Below, one piece after another: positions 24,501-37,492 of a stretch of 64,000 bases of DNA. The translations under genes and the position numbers were made by a program. The stretch lies in assembly GCA_964187785.1 (NCBI GenBank), contig OZ076409.1, positions 34,536,001 through 34,600,000 of the forward strand, read 5' to 3'. The notes under the pieces are model-generated. The model saw nothing but the letters and a program-made list of their open reading frames with translations, was not told where the DNA came from and did not search any database. This DNA is from Amphiscolops sp. MND2022. Taxonomy: Eukaryota. Within the stretch, counting starts at the first letter, position 1, and the number at the start of each line of letters is the position of its first letter.

Positions 24501-26417
24501 TTCAATTAATTGCGCAATTTTTGTCTACGGACGCTATGCTAGAAGAGATATTTGTTTGAATGTTAAATTTCTTCCTTGGACAAAAATCACAGCGCTCAGT
24601 TTATTCATCCAGGTTTCAAAAAACTACGTATAATGAGAACACTTTTAGCGATAAAGCTTTAAAAATAGAACCTTAATTGTTGACGGCAACCTTTGGGAAA
24701 CTGTTTACCACTTTTCCATATTATCGCAAGTTGCATATCACAATACACATCATTGAACCAACTTTTTAAACATTTTCAAAGTTTCCATTTTAATCAAAAT
24801 AAAGTAGTTTGCACAAAAACTTTACATGAAATGTTCGTTTTTTTCTCTTTTTATTCTATTTCCAATGCAAATTTCACATGAGCATCTATTATGATTTCTC
24901 GCAGTTTCTCCAGTTAGCCATTTGGTCACAGCTATTGTTTCAATTTTATCCGGTGAGTAATTTTATTTTTGATGAAAGCAGCTGTTATTTTTCATTTATT
25001 AATATTTTACAATGCAAATTTGAATCATCTTAAATCGTGTAAGTCTGGTGAATTAAATCTCAACAATGACGTCGCGACTCCAAAAATTGTTTTGGTTTTA
25101 CTGGCAAGGAGCGATATTTAAAGTACGTAATAAATATTTGAATGAAAGAACATATTCAGTGCTGCAGATTCCAGCGTTTATCAAAAAATGAATGAATATG
25201 AGATAAAGCATGAAAACATCTGGTACGTCCGTGGCTGCGTGCGTGCCACGCGTTAAAAAATTCTCACAAGTTGCTTTCGTTGATTCAACACCATCTACAT
25301 GTATTTAAAATCGAGTCTCATCACCGCATACAGTAACGGCAGCAGTGGCGGCGGCGCTTTACAAACCAGTAAAAACCAGTACAGCACAATGCCGGAGCGA
25401 ACGATGCAGCCATTCATACACTTGTGTTGGTTCAACTAAACTGAACCACACTAGTTGTGCTAGCACCAAGCCGCCGGCATAGCTGGCTTGCTCTGGCGCA
25501 TCACTGGCACACTCTGGCTTGCCGAGTCACGCAAGTGCGCGCGCTGTCTTAGGAACGCACTTCGCAAACTAAAAAACACTGGAGCAGGTATTGATGCCTG
25601 GATACTGGTGACGCGGCACCGTTAGCCAGTTCCAAACCTGGAATATCTGGAAACCAAGACAGACTACAGCTGGGCCAGAGCTTTTTTGCTAGCCGCATGT
25701 CTGAGACCTGCATGCGGAATGGTAAGTTTTTCAAGATTTTTGTGACAATATTTTCGTTTCGTCTTGTGCCTTCACGAAAACGGAAGAAATAAGTATAGAC
25801 ATACTTGCATCAATGTAAGCATGCTTTGTACCTTGGAATAAAACTGAAAAGTATTGTCATAACAATCTGTGACGTCAAAATTGATTCGGTTTAGTAAAGG
25901 TTGATGTTCTTTTATCGGTCGCCACACATTCGAAATGTTTTGACTGTATTGCGTCACAGTATATACATGGGAATCTAACACCCAATCTTCTGAAGAGTGG
26001 TGTCATTTTTCCATAAGTCATCGTGCAATTCGAGAGTAAAATGAAACTACTTCTTTCTCAGACGCTTTCAGATCCATTTGTGAGAAAAGATTCTAGAAGA
26101 AGGTGGACTTGTCCAAGTGAGAACTAAGTAACGCCGAAATTTGAACACTTCACAAGCGTTGTCATCGTCAAAATCCAATAATTTACTTGCTATCAATTTC
26201 ACTAACTTTGTACCAGCAAAAATGAACTGGGAAGGCAAGAATGAAAAGGATTGCTGAAATAGTTTTTAAAAAATATTTGCAGATGAAGCGATAGATGCCA
26301 CGGAGCTGCTGAATAATTTGTAGGACAAAGCGCTAGGTCTGGACCGGTACAAAAACCGGGCAAAAGACCTCAGCAAAAAACCTGATAACTCAGACGGAAT
26401 AGGGCTTGAAAGAACAA

Positions 26418-27341
26418 CCCGGGTCCACCCTCCATGGATATCTTAGTAAGATCTTGGCAAGATCTTGCCAAGATCTTGGAAAAATCTTAGCTAAGATCGT
26501 GACAAGATATTGCCAAAAATTGCAAGATGCCATGGTAAGATCTTATCAAGAGAGCCATGTTTCCAAGAAAACTTTTATTGTAAAATCCTATTTGGAAAGA
26601 AAAATACTGAAAGGAAGTCAACAAAAATCAACATTTCTGCAGATTTATATTGTTAGACATTAAAACTTCTGTTAGCAATGTATAAAATTTGGTTAAAGAG
26701 ATATTTATTTAGGAAGGCTATTTAATTGCAAAACTGTCGCCAACAACGGCGTCAGAAAAACCTTGACCTGAATCATTACCCAAATTAGTGCAATGATCAC
26801 CGTTTCTAACAGTAATAAGGCTGCTGAAACAGGCTCTAAGAAAGCTGGAAATATGAGTTTTACAAAAGTTTCCGGATTTTAAGGTCTTTCCTTTGTAACT
26901 TTCCGATAGTGGCTCTCGACGTTTGAGAGCATAATTCTCCGTCTCTGGAATCGACAGGAGTGATAAATTACAAGTTTTGGAAAGCCCTTGAAATGACCTT
27001 TCATTTGGTACATTCGCATTTCTCAGTCTTAAACAGATGAGGACTTATTAGGATTCTCGTCAAAATTTGAAGCCAGAGTACGTTATCGGAATTTTTCACG
27101 CATTTTTGCATGCAAAATTTTTTCAGCAGGTTTAGGCATTTTGATTATGAAAACGAGTAGAAATAGTCGTTGTTGTGTGAAATTTTGTCCATCGTGATAA
27201 GATACGATCTTGGAATAAGTATTATCTTAGTAAGATCTTAATAAGAATCTTGCCATGGGATCCATGGCTGCCAAGATGTAGTAAGAATTTGGCAAGATCT
27301 TGCCAAGACAGCCAAGATGCTAGTAAGAGGGTCAACCCGGG
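26418..27341. mobile_element. Non-autonomous DNA transposon with CCC..GGG termini (CMC/EnSpm-like)
   Basis: TIRs CCCGGGTCCACCCTC / GAGGGTCAACCCGGG, subterminal AAGATCTT arrays at both ends, AA on both flanks. Confidence 0.7.
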
Positions 27342-27695
27342 AAGACCTAAAAGTTTAAAAGTATCGAAGAAATTATGAATTTCGAAACGAAAACTGGAAG
27401 TTTATCTGGGGTACTCTCTTGGGAATCTGGTTTCAAATGAATAACAAATCTGCCATTTGTGCGCTCGTCTTCGCCCCGAACTGCGTACGTTCTTCTGCTC
27501 GACTTCATTGAAAAGAGTGAAACTCAGTCGCACTGTGCCTCGGGAGTGCTGCAGCTCTGGTGGAGAATAAATGCTTACCTTGCAAGGATCTTGGAAGATC
27601 CTTGTAAAAAACACAATACTTACAAGATCTTGCAAGGAAGTTTTTTCTTGCAAGATCTTACGAGGAAATGTTTTATAAGGAATTTTATGTTTATT

Positions 27696-28059
27696 CCCTA
27701 GTCGAGATTGCTTGAACTTTTTACATGCTGCATGGAAACATGCAGGCTAATTTTTTATAAAACATGGAAAATTCCGGGACCGCGCATGGAAACATTTTCT
27801 AGGATTACAATGCAGCCTTCACTATTTGAATTAAAACTGAAAACAATTCCACTTCTTCGCCGCAGCGATCACTTTGTTTTCACGCGTAAGTTTCTCATGT
27901 AAGTACCTTATGTAATCACCGTTAGCCAAATAGCACGCTGAATATGACGCTACTTTGGAACTTATAATGTGACTGAAATTTGTTTGCATTGAAAGCGCGG
28001 TAAAATTGATTGCATACGTGCATGCAGCATGTAAAAAGTTCAAGCAATCTCGACTAGGG
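27696..28059. mobile_element. MITE with ~39-bp TIRs
   Basis: CCCTAGTCGAGATTGCTTGAACTTTTTACATGCTGCATG and its exact reverse complement; TTATT on both flanks. Confidence 0.9.
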
Positions 28060-28410
28060 TTATTTGCTTTCAGACTTATTTCAAAGTAATTACTCTCGAA
28101 CTCACGTCAGTTTTTTAAGAATTGAATAAGAACTGGGACGCTTATTTCGAAGGCTCTTTCTTTCACAAAACTATAGTTGCCCGTTTTTTTCTGAGAAATA
28201 CAATTAATTCTAAAAGTTTATTCGAAAATTTATTCTCAAGAAAAGTCAATTAAAATGATGGAATCTTTAGAACATTTCGCTCCCGTGTCTCTCAGAAAGT
28301 GCTACAGATGGTACGCTCTAGATTCGTCATTAACATTTTCGTGATATAATCAACCATGTGTATTCATTCGTGAAATTCGGCGGTGACAGAACAATGCATC
28401 ATGATATTGA

Positions 28411-28621
28411 TGAAAAAATTCAAACCATGCTGGCTACTAAAACTCACACTAAATCATTGGAGCGAATCGTATTTTGAGAGATCAAAATTCAGTTTAATTT
28501 GTTTCCAGATGTGATACATCTTAAAACAAATTGAACTGAATTTTGATCTCTCAAAATAATACGATGCACTTCATTAATTTAGTGCATGTTTCCGTGACAG
28601 GCATGGCTTGAAATTTTTTCA
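28411..28621. repeat. Imperfect ~210-bp foldback palindrome
   Basis: TTTTGAGAGATCAAAATTCAGTT ... AACTGAATTTTGATCTCTCAAAA around the centre AGATGTGATACATCT. Confidence 0.8.
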
Positions 28622-30381
28622 CGGATTAATTTTGCTGTTGAATGAAACATTTCTGATGCTTTTAAAAAGTGGCAACCATTTTCCACTTTATTGCTTGAGA
28701 GAAAGCATCGAGACTTGACCTGAATCAGAATACATGTAGTTTTCCTTTCATCTTTGAGTCGAGAAGCATTTAATCCATGACTAGCTGGCTATTATGATGT
28801 ACATAATTTGTATTATGTTGTAATTATGATGTAAACACTTTTTATGGAAGGAACTATGCCGAATAGTTTTAAATAAACCAAATTGTGGCACCAAACCTTG
28901 AAAGAATTATTTCCATTTACTCATGGCGAAAATTTGTAACATTTCATACATGACATGAAAAACAATTAAGAATTTTTTGAAGTCTTATTGCACTTTTCAT
29001 CTCAATTAACCAATATAATTGTAAAGTTCCGAGTTGTATTATGCTTGAAAGAAACTTCCGAACGTTAAGTCGTTACTAAATGTCATCGAATAGTTTTCTG
29101 AAACTCTAATAAAATCTACAGAAAAGTTCGAAGTTTCCGTTCAATAAAATGCAAGTTAACTCATCTACTTCCATGGTACGTCTCAAACAATGGCTTCAAG
29201 ACAACGGGTCAAAATTTTCAACCGTATATGGAGTCGTAATTGTTCTTTTACACAACAAATCAGCAATACTAATAAACTGAATGGTTTAAATTACAATATT
29301 TGCTGAATTGTTGAATTGCAAGTATACCAAAGGGTTCACGAATGGTATTGCTTTAAGTAGAACAAATAAAATGGCGGCCTTTCAGTGGGCTTTTGTTGTT
29401 TTGTTTCTTGACCTAAAATGAAGGTTTAAAAGGCAACAATGGAGAAATGTTTGCTGCTAAAGATCTGGTTTGTTGAATAAATTCTTGAAATAAACAATGG
29501 AGCCACCGAGTTTAAGTACTGTTTGGCCAATCCTGATTTTTCTGTCGTTGAGGTTAGTAGAGTATCATTGTTCCGAACTTGTTCCGAAAAGTTAGTTCAT
29601 CCTTTTGCTTATCGAAACCTAAAATGAACAAATTCGATTTGCCAAACTTTTACAGAATTCGATTTTAATAACAAATTCTGAATTAAGTAATAGGCGAAAT
29701 TAGAATTTAATGAGTTGGAAAATTTTTCATTAGCAATTTTAGATCAATGCCATCGATAATGTATGAATAATTAATTATGTACCTTGCAGTCATTCACAAC
29801 TCGGGGAAAATCAAATTCAAGTTTCCTCTTGTTGTTCGATAGGGAGTTAATTGATAATTAGGAATAAATAGTTGCAAAAAAATGGATTGATGTGTCTGCA
29901 TGCGTTCTCGATAATTGGCGGCTATTAAATTTTTAGGGTCTGTTCGTTAGAAATTCGTTACAGATTGTCACTCACTGTCTTGGAAAAAAATTATTTGAAA
30001 GAGCAAAATTAATTTGGGAGCGATTTTCAACTTGAAGTAAGTTTTCTAAGCTCAGTATTCAAAAATCATGGTAGCCTTGAAACCCATGAATGTGCATATC
30101 ACCCCATGGCCATGGCATTCTAATTAACAATTGTTAAGTACTTAAGTACCAAATTTACCATGATATCAAAAACGCACGGCAAAGCGTACATTGTTGGTAC
30201 CTCCAACCAGATTATAACGATTTTGGGATACCATAATTGACATGAGACATTTCCTGAAAGGAATTCCATATATGAAGCAGAAGCGGACATCTTGAGTCAC
30301 AGCGTCTGTTCTTGATGCCCTTGAATTCTGGATACGCGTTTTCAGGAAATCTAGTTTCGAGTGATTATTGAACGAAATAGG

Positions 30382-30994
30382 GGAATGTGGCAGATTTCGT
30401 CCCAGACAGATTTCGTCCCACGTCAAATTTTGACAGATTTCGTCCCAAACAGATTTCGTCCCATTTTTAACAGATTTCGTCCCATTTTTGACAGATTTTG
30501 TCCCACACAGATTTCGTCCCATTTTAGACAGATTTCGTCCCATTTTTGACTGATTTTGTCCCGGATTACTAATAGTATGGGAAATTATTCTATGCCTAAC
30601 ACAAAATTAAGCGCTAATCGGTATAATCTATTCGGTGATTCTTCATTCGGTGCTGTTACAGCCAATATGTATGGAACTTGATTTTTTTGAAGAGGTTAGC
30701 ATACTTGTTGTATGGCTCGAAGTATGTTAGCATACTTCGCTCCCTTCGCCAAGTAGCAACATTGAGGCATGGCCATATGGCACGTCGCTCCGCTTCGCTT
30801 CGCTCCTGCATTTAGGGCACTAGGGGTATGTGAACATAGCTGACTACGTTATAATAATTATTTGGGACGAAATCTGTCAAAAATGGGACGAAATCTATTT
30901 TAATGTTAAAAAATGGGACGAAATCTGTGTGGGACGAAATCTGTCAAAATTTCCATGTGGGACGAAATCTGTTTGGGACGAAATCTGTCACTCC
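30382..30994. mobile_element. Mutator-like MITE with subterminal tandem arrays
   Basis: 9-bp direct repeat CGAAATAGG at 30373-30381 and 30995-31003; GGA..TCC ends; inverted arrays of CAGATTTCGTCCCA. Confidence 0.85.
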
Positions 30995-31306
30995 CGAAAT
31001 AGGGGGATGCTAGGTTTTAGCACCACTGTTATAACAGCTGTTTTTGCACTGTTACAAGACCGTCTGAAATCGGAGCCTGCTTAAGGCTCAAAACGCGCAG
31101 TCTTTTGAGAATCTCATAAAATTGTTTCAATGAAGAGTTAGAAAAATCTCACATGTCCGAAAAAAATCAATGGGTGACTGGAAACAAAATAGTCTTTTCC
31201 TTGAATGAAAATAATGAAAAACTAAGAGCGGACCCTTGATTATGTCGTATTCTGATGTTTACTCAATGAAAGGAAAAGATTTTCAGAAGTAAGAGTCTCT
31301 CTTCCG

Positions 31307-33715
31307 TTCTATCAAAAGCTGAATCTCATCTAATCAAGTTTCCTAATGAGTTTTTCTCGGGTGAACCTAATCGTCATCAGATACCCGTTACGATCTTCAT
31401 TGTGGCGTCTGGATGTCTAGACTTCTAATGATATACCACAGTTAAAATTTTTAAAAAGTCTCACAGTACCAGAAAAGCCCAAAGGGGGACCCTTTGCTCC
31501 TATATAGCTTCTAAATTTTTAGTAAAAATGTAAAATCAAAGCGGAATCTTTGGTCTCTTTAGGTACCCTTTAGACCTTCAGATAGTGGGCCATTAAATTG
31601 AATACTGTCATATGACGAAAAAAACTGGACGATGTAATAGTCGGGGACATTTCTTACAAATAGCTTAGTCTAAAATGTAGGTTTCAAAGTAAATTAGATA
31701 GAAATATCTTTGATTATTGTGAAGTTAGAAGACTAATAGTTCGCATTTAATACGTACGAAGAGTTATATCATTTTGGCTGTTCTACGCCATACGTATATG
31801 CAATTCTTTACAGGTTGGCGATACTGCGCCAATCAAGACATTGACCTAATGGCATGGCCGATAACTTTTTCAATCAGGTTTTCAATTTTTCACTATTATT
31901 CGCAGTTTTAAATGTTCAACATTGGCGACGGGATAAGAAACATACTTTTTTCAAGATAACTTCGTTTTTTGATTTGAACAAATTCATATATATTCCAATT
32001 TTCACGGTATAGCTACTAGAGCTTTCAAACAAAGACCTTTTCAGCTACATGAGTGCTTCCAAATTTAAAGTTGTCCCTTTTGTTTCAGCTTTGTGTGGGG
32101 ACGTCCTGACTCAGGAATCGACCGGGGCCTTTAGGACAAACAGAGCACGACAGAGGTGGGCATCAGCCATCAGCACCCGACAACAGTCCTTTAAACTGCT
32201 CAGTTTTGGCTCCCGGCTGCTTTTTTAACTTTTTGCATAGAAACCCCACCCTCGAGACTTTTCACTGTTGGCACCTTAATGACGAAGCCACTAAGTTGCT
32301 GATCACACTGGCTTAACTGCTAACTCTCGGCAATTCACTGTTCACACTTGACCCGACTGACTCGATGTACTCGGCAACCAATAGAAACTAAGCAACTGTA
32401 GACTGTAGTATAGAGGTTGTGGCTGACAAAAATATTTGCTGCTACTCGTGGGCGAAAGCAAAGAAACAGCCAATTGAAATGAAGCAACATATCACGTGCT
32501 CTCATTGTGACTGGCACAAACGGAACCCTCGCACCCAATTAAATTTGAGACGCGAGCAAACTCGGTGAAAAAAGACTCATCGAAAAACATTGCAATTTCA
32601 TACACTTCATCTGTAAATACTCCTTTCAATTTTTTATTTTACGATTTTGGTGCTTAATGAAAACTTTAAAAACCGACTTTTAAAATGAATTTCAATTTAT
32701 TTCAATTTTTAAAATCTAGATCAAAGCTCTGAATCAATCAAAAGTTCATGATTTCAATCACAATCATAAAAATCTACAAAAAATTACAAAAGTTTCGGAG
32801 CTTTGAGCTTTATAATTTTACTGACAGACTTGATACTTCAAGAATTTTTGAATTTCCAAAATATTCATTATTGTTTTGATTCTATGATTGTAATGTACTT
32901 GTAGATTAGCCTACTTTATTTTGATTGGATGATTAATTTCACCCTTTTATTTCACCTCGAATGAAACGAGACCCCATTTTGAGCGACTAAATTTTCCTAA
33001 CTTTTTAAACAACACTCCTTTGGTGCCATTGACTCTCCTTTTAAACGATTGCCTACCTTTGGCCTCAAGCGTATGTGTAATTAACTTCTTCACTTTCCTT
33101 TTTTTCAATACTCCTCTTTCAAATTGCTGAAAACGAGAAAATTTTAGCATATAACGAATTTAGCATAGATGGAGAGTCGAAGTATCCAAACCTAAGTGAA
33201 GCTATAGGTACAGGAGCAGCAGCTAAAGTCCCAGGAGCAAACGTTTCTAAGGCTTGATCTGAATTAGAACATAATTTTCTGTTTGAAATCCAATAAAATT
33301 TTGAAAAAGTTATATATAAAAGCACTTTCAATAATTTTGGAAACTTTTGAACTTTAGTGTGCAATATCAAAAACTACTGGTCACAATCGCATTTTGTGAC
33401 CATTTTGGGATGTAAATTTTCAACGAGAGCGTTTTCAGAAAAAAAATGTTGAATTCAAAAATTAGTGATGTGAATTGGAAGAACAAAGTTTTTCTCGCGC
33501 ATTTTTGGTTACAAACAACGGTTTTCGAGATATTGCACGATAATTTTTGGCATAGCCAAAAGTCTAAACCAAACTTAGTGTTATATCTTTTGTAAACAAG
33601 CTGGAAAGGTCCCAAGTCGGCGCCCCGCTCATGGGTAAAGTGTGTTAAATATGCGAAGGGACATTAATGTGAGAACATTTATCAACTTTAGTGCCAAAAG
33701 TACCCAAAGGGATAC
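31307..33715 (+). repeat. Segmental duplication, copy 1 (matches 61593-64000)
   Basis: Near-identical 2.4-kb direct repeat starting TTCTATCAAAAGCTGAATC. Confidence 0.95.
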
Positions 33716-34056
33716 CCATAAGACTCGAAACCCTTTTTTGCTTTACTCGAAACACCAGAAAACCCATTTAAAAAATGTCTAGTTTTTCTCGAAAATTGTT
33801 TCATGAAGCCGAAAACCCCAAAAGGAGACCCACAGTACCTGAAAATAACCAAAGATGTCATCCTTAAGACTCGGAAAATGGTTTTCTTCAACAGAAACTC
33901 TCAAAAGATCAATAATAAGGTGAAAAAAAGTCTTAGAAAAGTCACATAAAGCCAAAAAAAAACTAAGCAGCTTTGTCTCTGCTGAAAACTGACGGGGCTT
34001 CGTAAAAAAATTCAGAGACTTTTTTTTAATTCGGAAAAGGTCTCATAGTGTCGAAG
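33595..34056 (-). mobile_element. HINE-like element, target of the Gypsy insertion (continues from 61159)
   Basis: AACAAGCTGGAAAGGTCCCAAGTCGGCGCC start; rejoining across the TSD restores the family motif CATAGTGTCGAAG...AAGACCCTTTAGG. Confidence 0.6.
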
Positions 34057-34648
34057 TGTCGTAAGCACGGTTGTCCGTTAATGTGAATCCGTCTTTCTGA
34101 CGGTCACCAAGTGTCTTACTCTTCAAATTGTTCCTAGAGTCTGAATTACGCAGAACTTCAGAATATCCTTCCGGTCTCTCAGACGGAACGTTCCATCTCT
34201 CTTTGGTCATATGCCCAGAATTGGCCATAAGGGCATTTTGAATCTGGGGGAGTACTTGATTGCTTATAGCCTCACTTATAGCTCTTTGGATCTGAATATT
34301 AACACTGTTCATCATCTCATCCATCTCCCGCGATAAGCGGGAATTTAATTCACTCGACAGTCTGTTGATCTCAGCGTTAGAACTACCTCTAACTGAGTTC
34401 TGTCCTAATTCGGCATTTGGACCAGGCTCGTCAGTCCTAGAGTTGGGCGATCTATTTTCATCCTCATTTTCAAATTCATCACCAAAAAGACTATTAGGTC
34501 TTCTGGCCTGATTACTATTTAAACTTTCACTTCTTTCATTCCTAATAAAATGGTCTCCTCCAAGCATTATGTCTAAGTTCTCAATGTCGGATAACATTTC
34601 TGCTTCTCTTGATTTTCTTGCTTTCTTTTGCTTCCTTGTGGTAGGCAT
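34057..34648 (-). pseudogene. gag: Gag N-terminal ~197 codons contained in the 3' LTR
   Basis: Same MPTTRKQKK... sequence as at 49002, here without the frameshift; reads a few codons into flanking DNA. Confidence 0.85.
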
Positions 34649-35849
34649 TTAGATAGAAAGTCCGAGGTAAATATTGAATTATTATTTTCGGAAAATAAGA
34701 GTCAACTGTTTGGTACAAACGTATTACACTTGTGTGTCCCTCAGGAGTGAAACTCGTATATATACTCTCTGGGGTATGACTTTTACAAAAGGAATTTCAC
34801 AAATGACATTCCAACATTCCTAATTAGGACATGGGACTAGTGTTTTGGCGGGATATTTACTGCAACTACTAGTAATTCCGGTCCAATCGGGAAATACTTT
34901 ACATTCTATGATCGCAATTATTTATTATCAAAGGCGGCATCAAAATATATACTAGCATATCAAATGGAACTTCTGTCCATCAAAAGAACAAGCACTCATC
35001 AGGAATGTAAACAACATTACACACATTCTTTTCAGGCACGTGTCACCACGCGACTTGAAATAAGCTTTGCAACGGTGTGAGGGACATCATGTTATTGGGC
35101 CTAATACGGCCAATCATCATGCTGATAATTACATGCATCGATCAACCGATTAGCACCAAATATATGCACTACTTCACTGTTCAAAGACATATAGCAGCTT
35201 CTATGGCCGGAAATAGTCGGCTAATTAATAGGCAAGTACTAATGGATTATGGTCTTAAGGACCTAGCGAAAGGTTGAGTGTTAGGGTGAAGCATGGATTA
35301 TGGAAGGAGATCTGGTTATTATAAGAGTACAAATACAACAAACATAACTTGTTTCATGTTAATTTAACACTTTATTTCAGCTTTGAACAAAAGGGACGGA
35401 ACCGGCCATTTGACCAGAATATTAAAAGAGAATATTAAAAGCGCGGCAACTGGCCTTACTCGGCCATTAATTAAATAGCATCAACAAACGAGATTACATA
35501 CTGCGATATGATTGGCTGAGGTAACGTGCTCAAGTGACGCTACCGGTACAGTGCCGTACGTCACTTGAACACGTTTCCTATACTGCCTTACAGTCGCTAT
35601 TGCTTTCAATTATCGCATCAATTCTAACCATACATTAATTTGATTTGGATTACTCCACTTGTACTATTTTTAACAGACTAATTAATGTAACTGAATTAAC
35701 AAAAATACAAAAGCGTGTTTTGTTACAAAACGTTAGCATAACAGTTTAAAAGTTTCAGTTTCAGAAAATTGGTAGAGTACCTGGTGCCGTTTCCTGATCT
35801 GCGGATGTCGTTGTGATCCTTGTGCCGTCACAGGCGGCAGCCTGCGACA
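34057..35849 (-). repeat. 3' LTR (1793 bp)
   Basis: TGTCGTAAG...CCTGCGACA. One edge is fixed by the left TSD, the other by identity with the right-hand insertion terminus. Confidence 0.9.
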
Positions 35850-36549
35850 CTGCAGGAGCGACGAAAAGCAGACTGCCCGCGTTCAGCCCGTTGATATAAG
35901 CTTCGCGCCTTAATCTCGTAATGTACTCCGGTTCGTCCCGCGGTGTTGACCTCTCCATATACCAGTTGACTTTCTCGTCCTTTATGTCATCTACGGACCT
36001 GCCACATACCAGACATCCTGTATAGCGCACTCTGCTGATGTCTTCGTAGGGTCGCGTATTTTGCACATGATAAGAGGCATGAAATCCGCTTGCAAAGGAT
36101 TGTACTAAGGGAGTGTTATTGCTTGGTCCTTTCTCGTGTTCCGGCGGCGACATAGGAGACTCCGGTACCGGCAGCAGCGTCTTGCATAGCTCAATTCGCG
36201 TCTTCTCCACTCTCTTGGGTGGGGCGTAGCATCTCTCATGGTCGAAGTATCTTTGGTCCATTTTGGGGGTAGTGTCCTTGTGCGGCTGTGATTTGCTTGG
36301 ACCGGCTACCATGTGTTCCTCTTCGAAGTCGTCCGTGGTCATGATTCTGCCTCCTATCAGCATAGGGCTTGAAGTCACTTCTTTCTCTATTCTCGCGATG
36401 AGCTGCTCCGTGTCCGTAGAACAGTCCGTCTCCCATCCTTCTGACAGTTCGTCGTCGCTACTTGATATGTAAATCACTGAAGCTTCAGACTCATCCGAGC
36501 TATCTCCGTCGAAGTCAAATAATTTTCTTGCCAAGTTGTATTTAGACAT
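35761..36549 (-). CDS. Accessory ORF (~262 aa from the first ATG): acidic N-terminus, SIM-like motif, CxxC; ends inside the LTR
   Basis: Intact in both units; VIYISSSDDE and CLVCGRS motifs; AATAAA downstream at 35376-35371. Confidence 0.7.
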   Translation of the reverse strand: MSKYNLARKLFDFDGDSSDESEASVIYISSSDDELSEGWETDCSTDTEQLIARIEKEVTSSPMLIGGRIMTTDDFEEEHMVAGPSKSQPHKDTTPKMDQRYFDHERCYAPPKRVEKTRIELCKTLLPVPESPMSPPEHEKGPSNNTPLVQSFASGFHASYHVQNTRPYEDISRVRYTGCLVCGRSVDDIKDEKVNWYMERSTPRDEPEYITRLRREAYINGLNAGSLLFVAPAVSQAAACDGTRITTTSADQETAPGTLPIF

Positions 36550-37492
36550 TATAATTTTCTTCGCAATTTTTGAAACTTGTGAGTCGACTGAACGGTGAGG
36601 AGATTCAAATTCAAATAAGTTTACCAACTCCCACCTCAAGACGAGTCGGGTAGTTTCCCGGGAGACTCGTTTCGGCGGTAGAATCTTAGGTTATTCGACC
36701 TTATCTGTCGTAAACTTTCATGAATGGAATTTCCAGCGGCGGTTAATCCTTTGAAACTTAGGTAGGAACCCCCCATCTTCGTCTTCTCAAGTAGGTAGTC
36801 GGAGAGGTGTTAAGTTGACAACAACAAATAATTCCGCTTTCAAGTGGGTAATTAACATCAAGCTTGATAGTAATTAACGGCATGCGTCAGGTGAAGTCTA
36901 CTAAAATGGCTTCAGCCAATCAAATTTGAGCTTCAGTAAATTTGAAAAATGAATAATAAAGATGGTGGAAAATAATAATTTTGAACAACTAAAATGGCGA
37001 AAATAATAAATCGAAATAATTCAAAATGGCGAAAATAACAATTTAAGTAACTATAATAACGGAAATCCCAATTAGGGTAACAAACGAAATGGAACAAGAT
37101 GACAAACCGAAATGGGGTAAACGGCCGTAATCGGCCAATAATTTCATAAGTTGTAAATAGTGAAGTAATTTTTGTACATTTCGCTGGCAGACTCCATGTA
37201 CAGAATAAATATGTAAATAATCCCGTAATATTAGTCTGGTAATAATCTTCAGCCACGAACTCCAACTTTCTAATTTCTTCAATTCTTCTACCCAATTCCA
37301 ATTCCATTTTAATTCAAATTATCTTCTATTTATCTCTTCTCGACTTATAGTTATTTCCCTCAAACGACACTTCTTAGCCGATTCTTCACCCCAAAGCAAC
37401 CCTCGATCCTTCTCCTCCAGCCGGTTTCGGCCATATCCATCAGCCTCTTCAGTCGTACAAGAACTCGTTCCCTCATTCGATTCAGTTCAAGG

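Noticed and set aside
30390..30990. CAGATTTCGTCCCA arrays as a CRISPR array, and ORFs 30166-30543 / 30830-31084
   Set aside because: Spacers are only a few bases, the arrays are inverted at the two ends and bounded by a 9-bp TSD, so this is a MITE. The ORFs are repeat translations.
32335..33370. Short minus-strand ORFs in the duplicated flank
   Set aside because: No motifs and no consistent exon chain found
36933..37307. 124-aa hydrophobic ORF (also 51287-51661) as an env-like gene
   Set aside because: It is the reverse of an A-rich promoter-like region, with no signal peptide, furin site or fusion motifs. Its presence in both units is uninformative because they are nearly identical.
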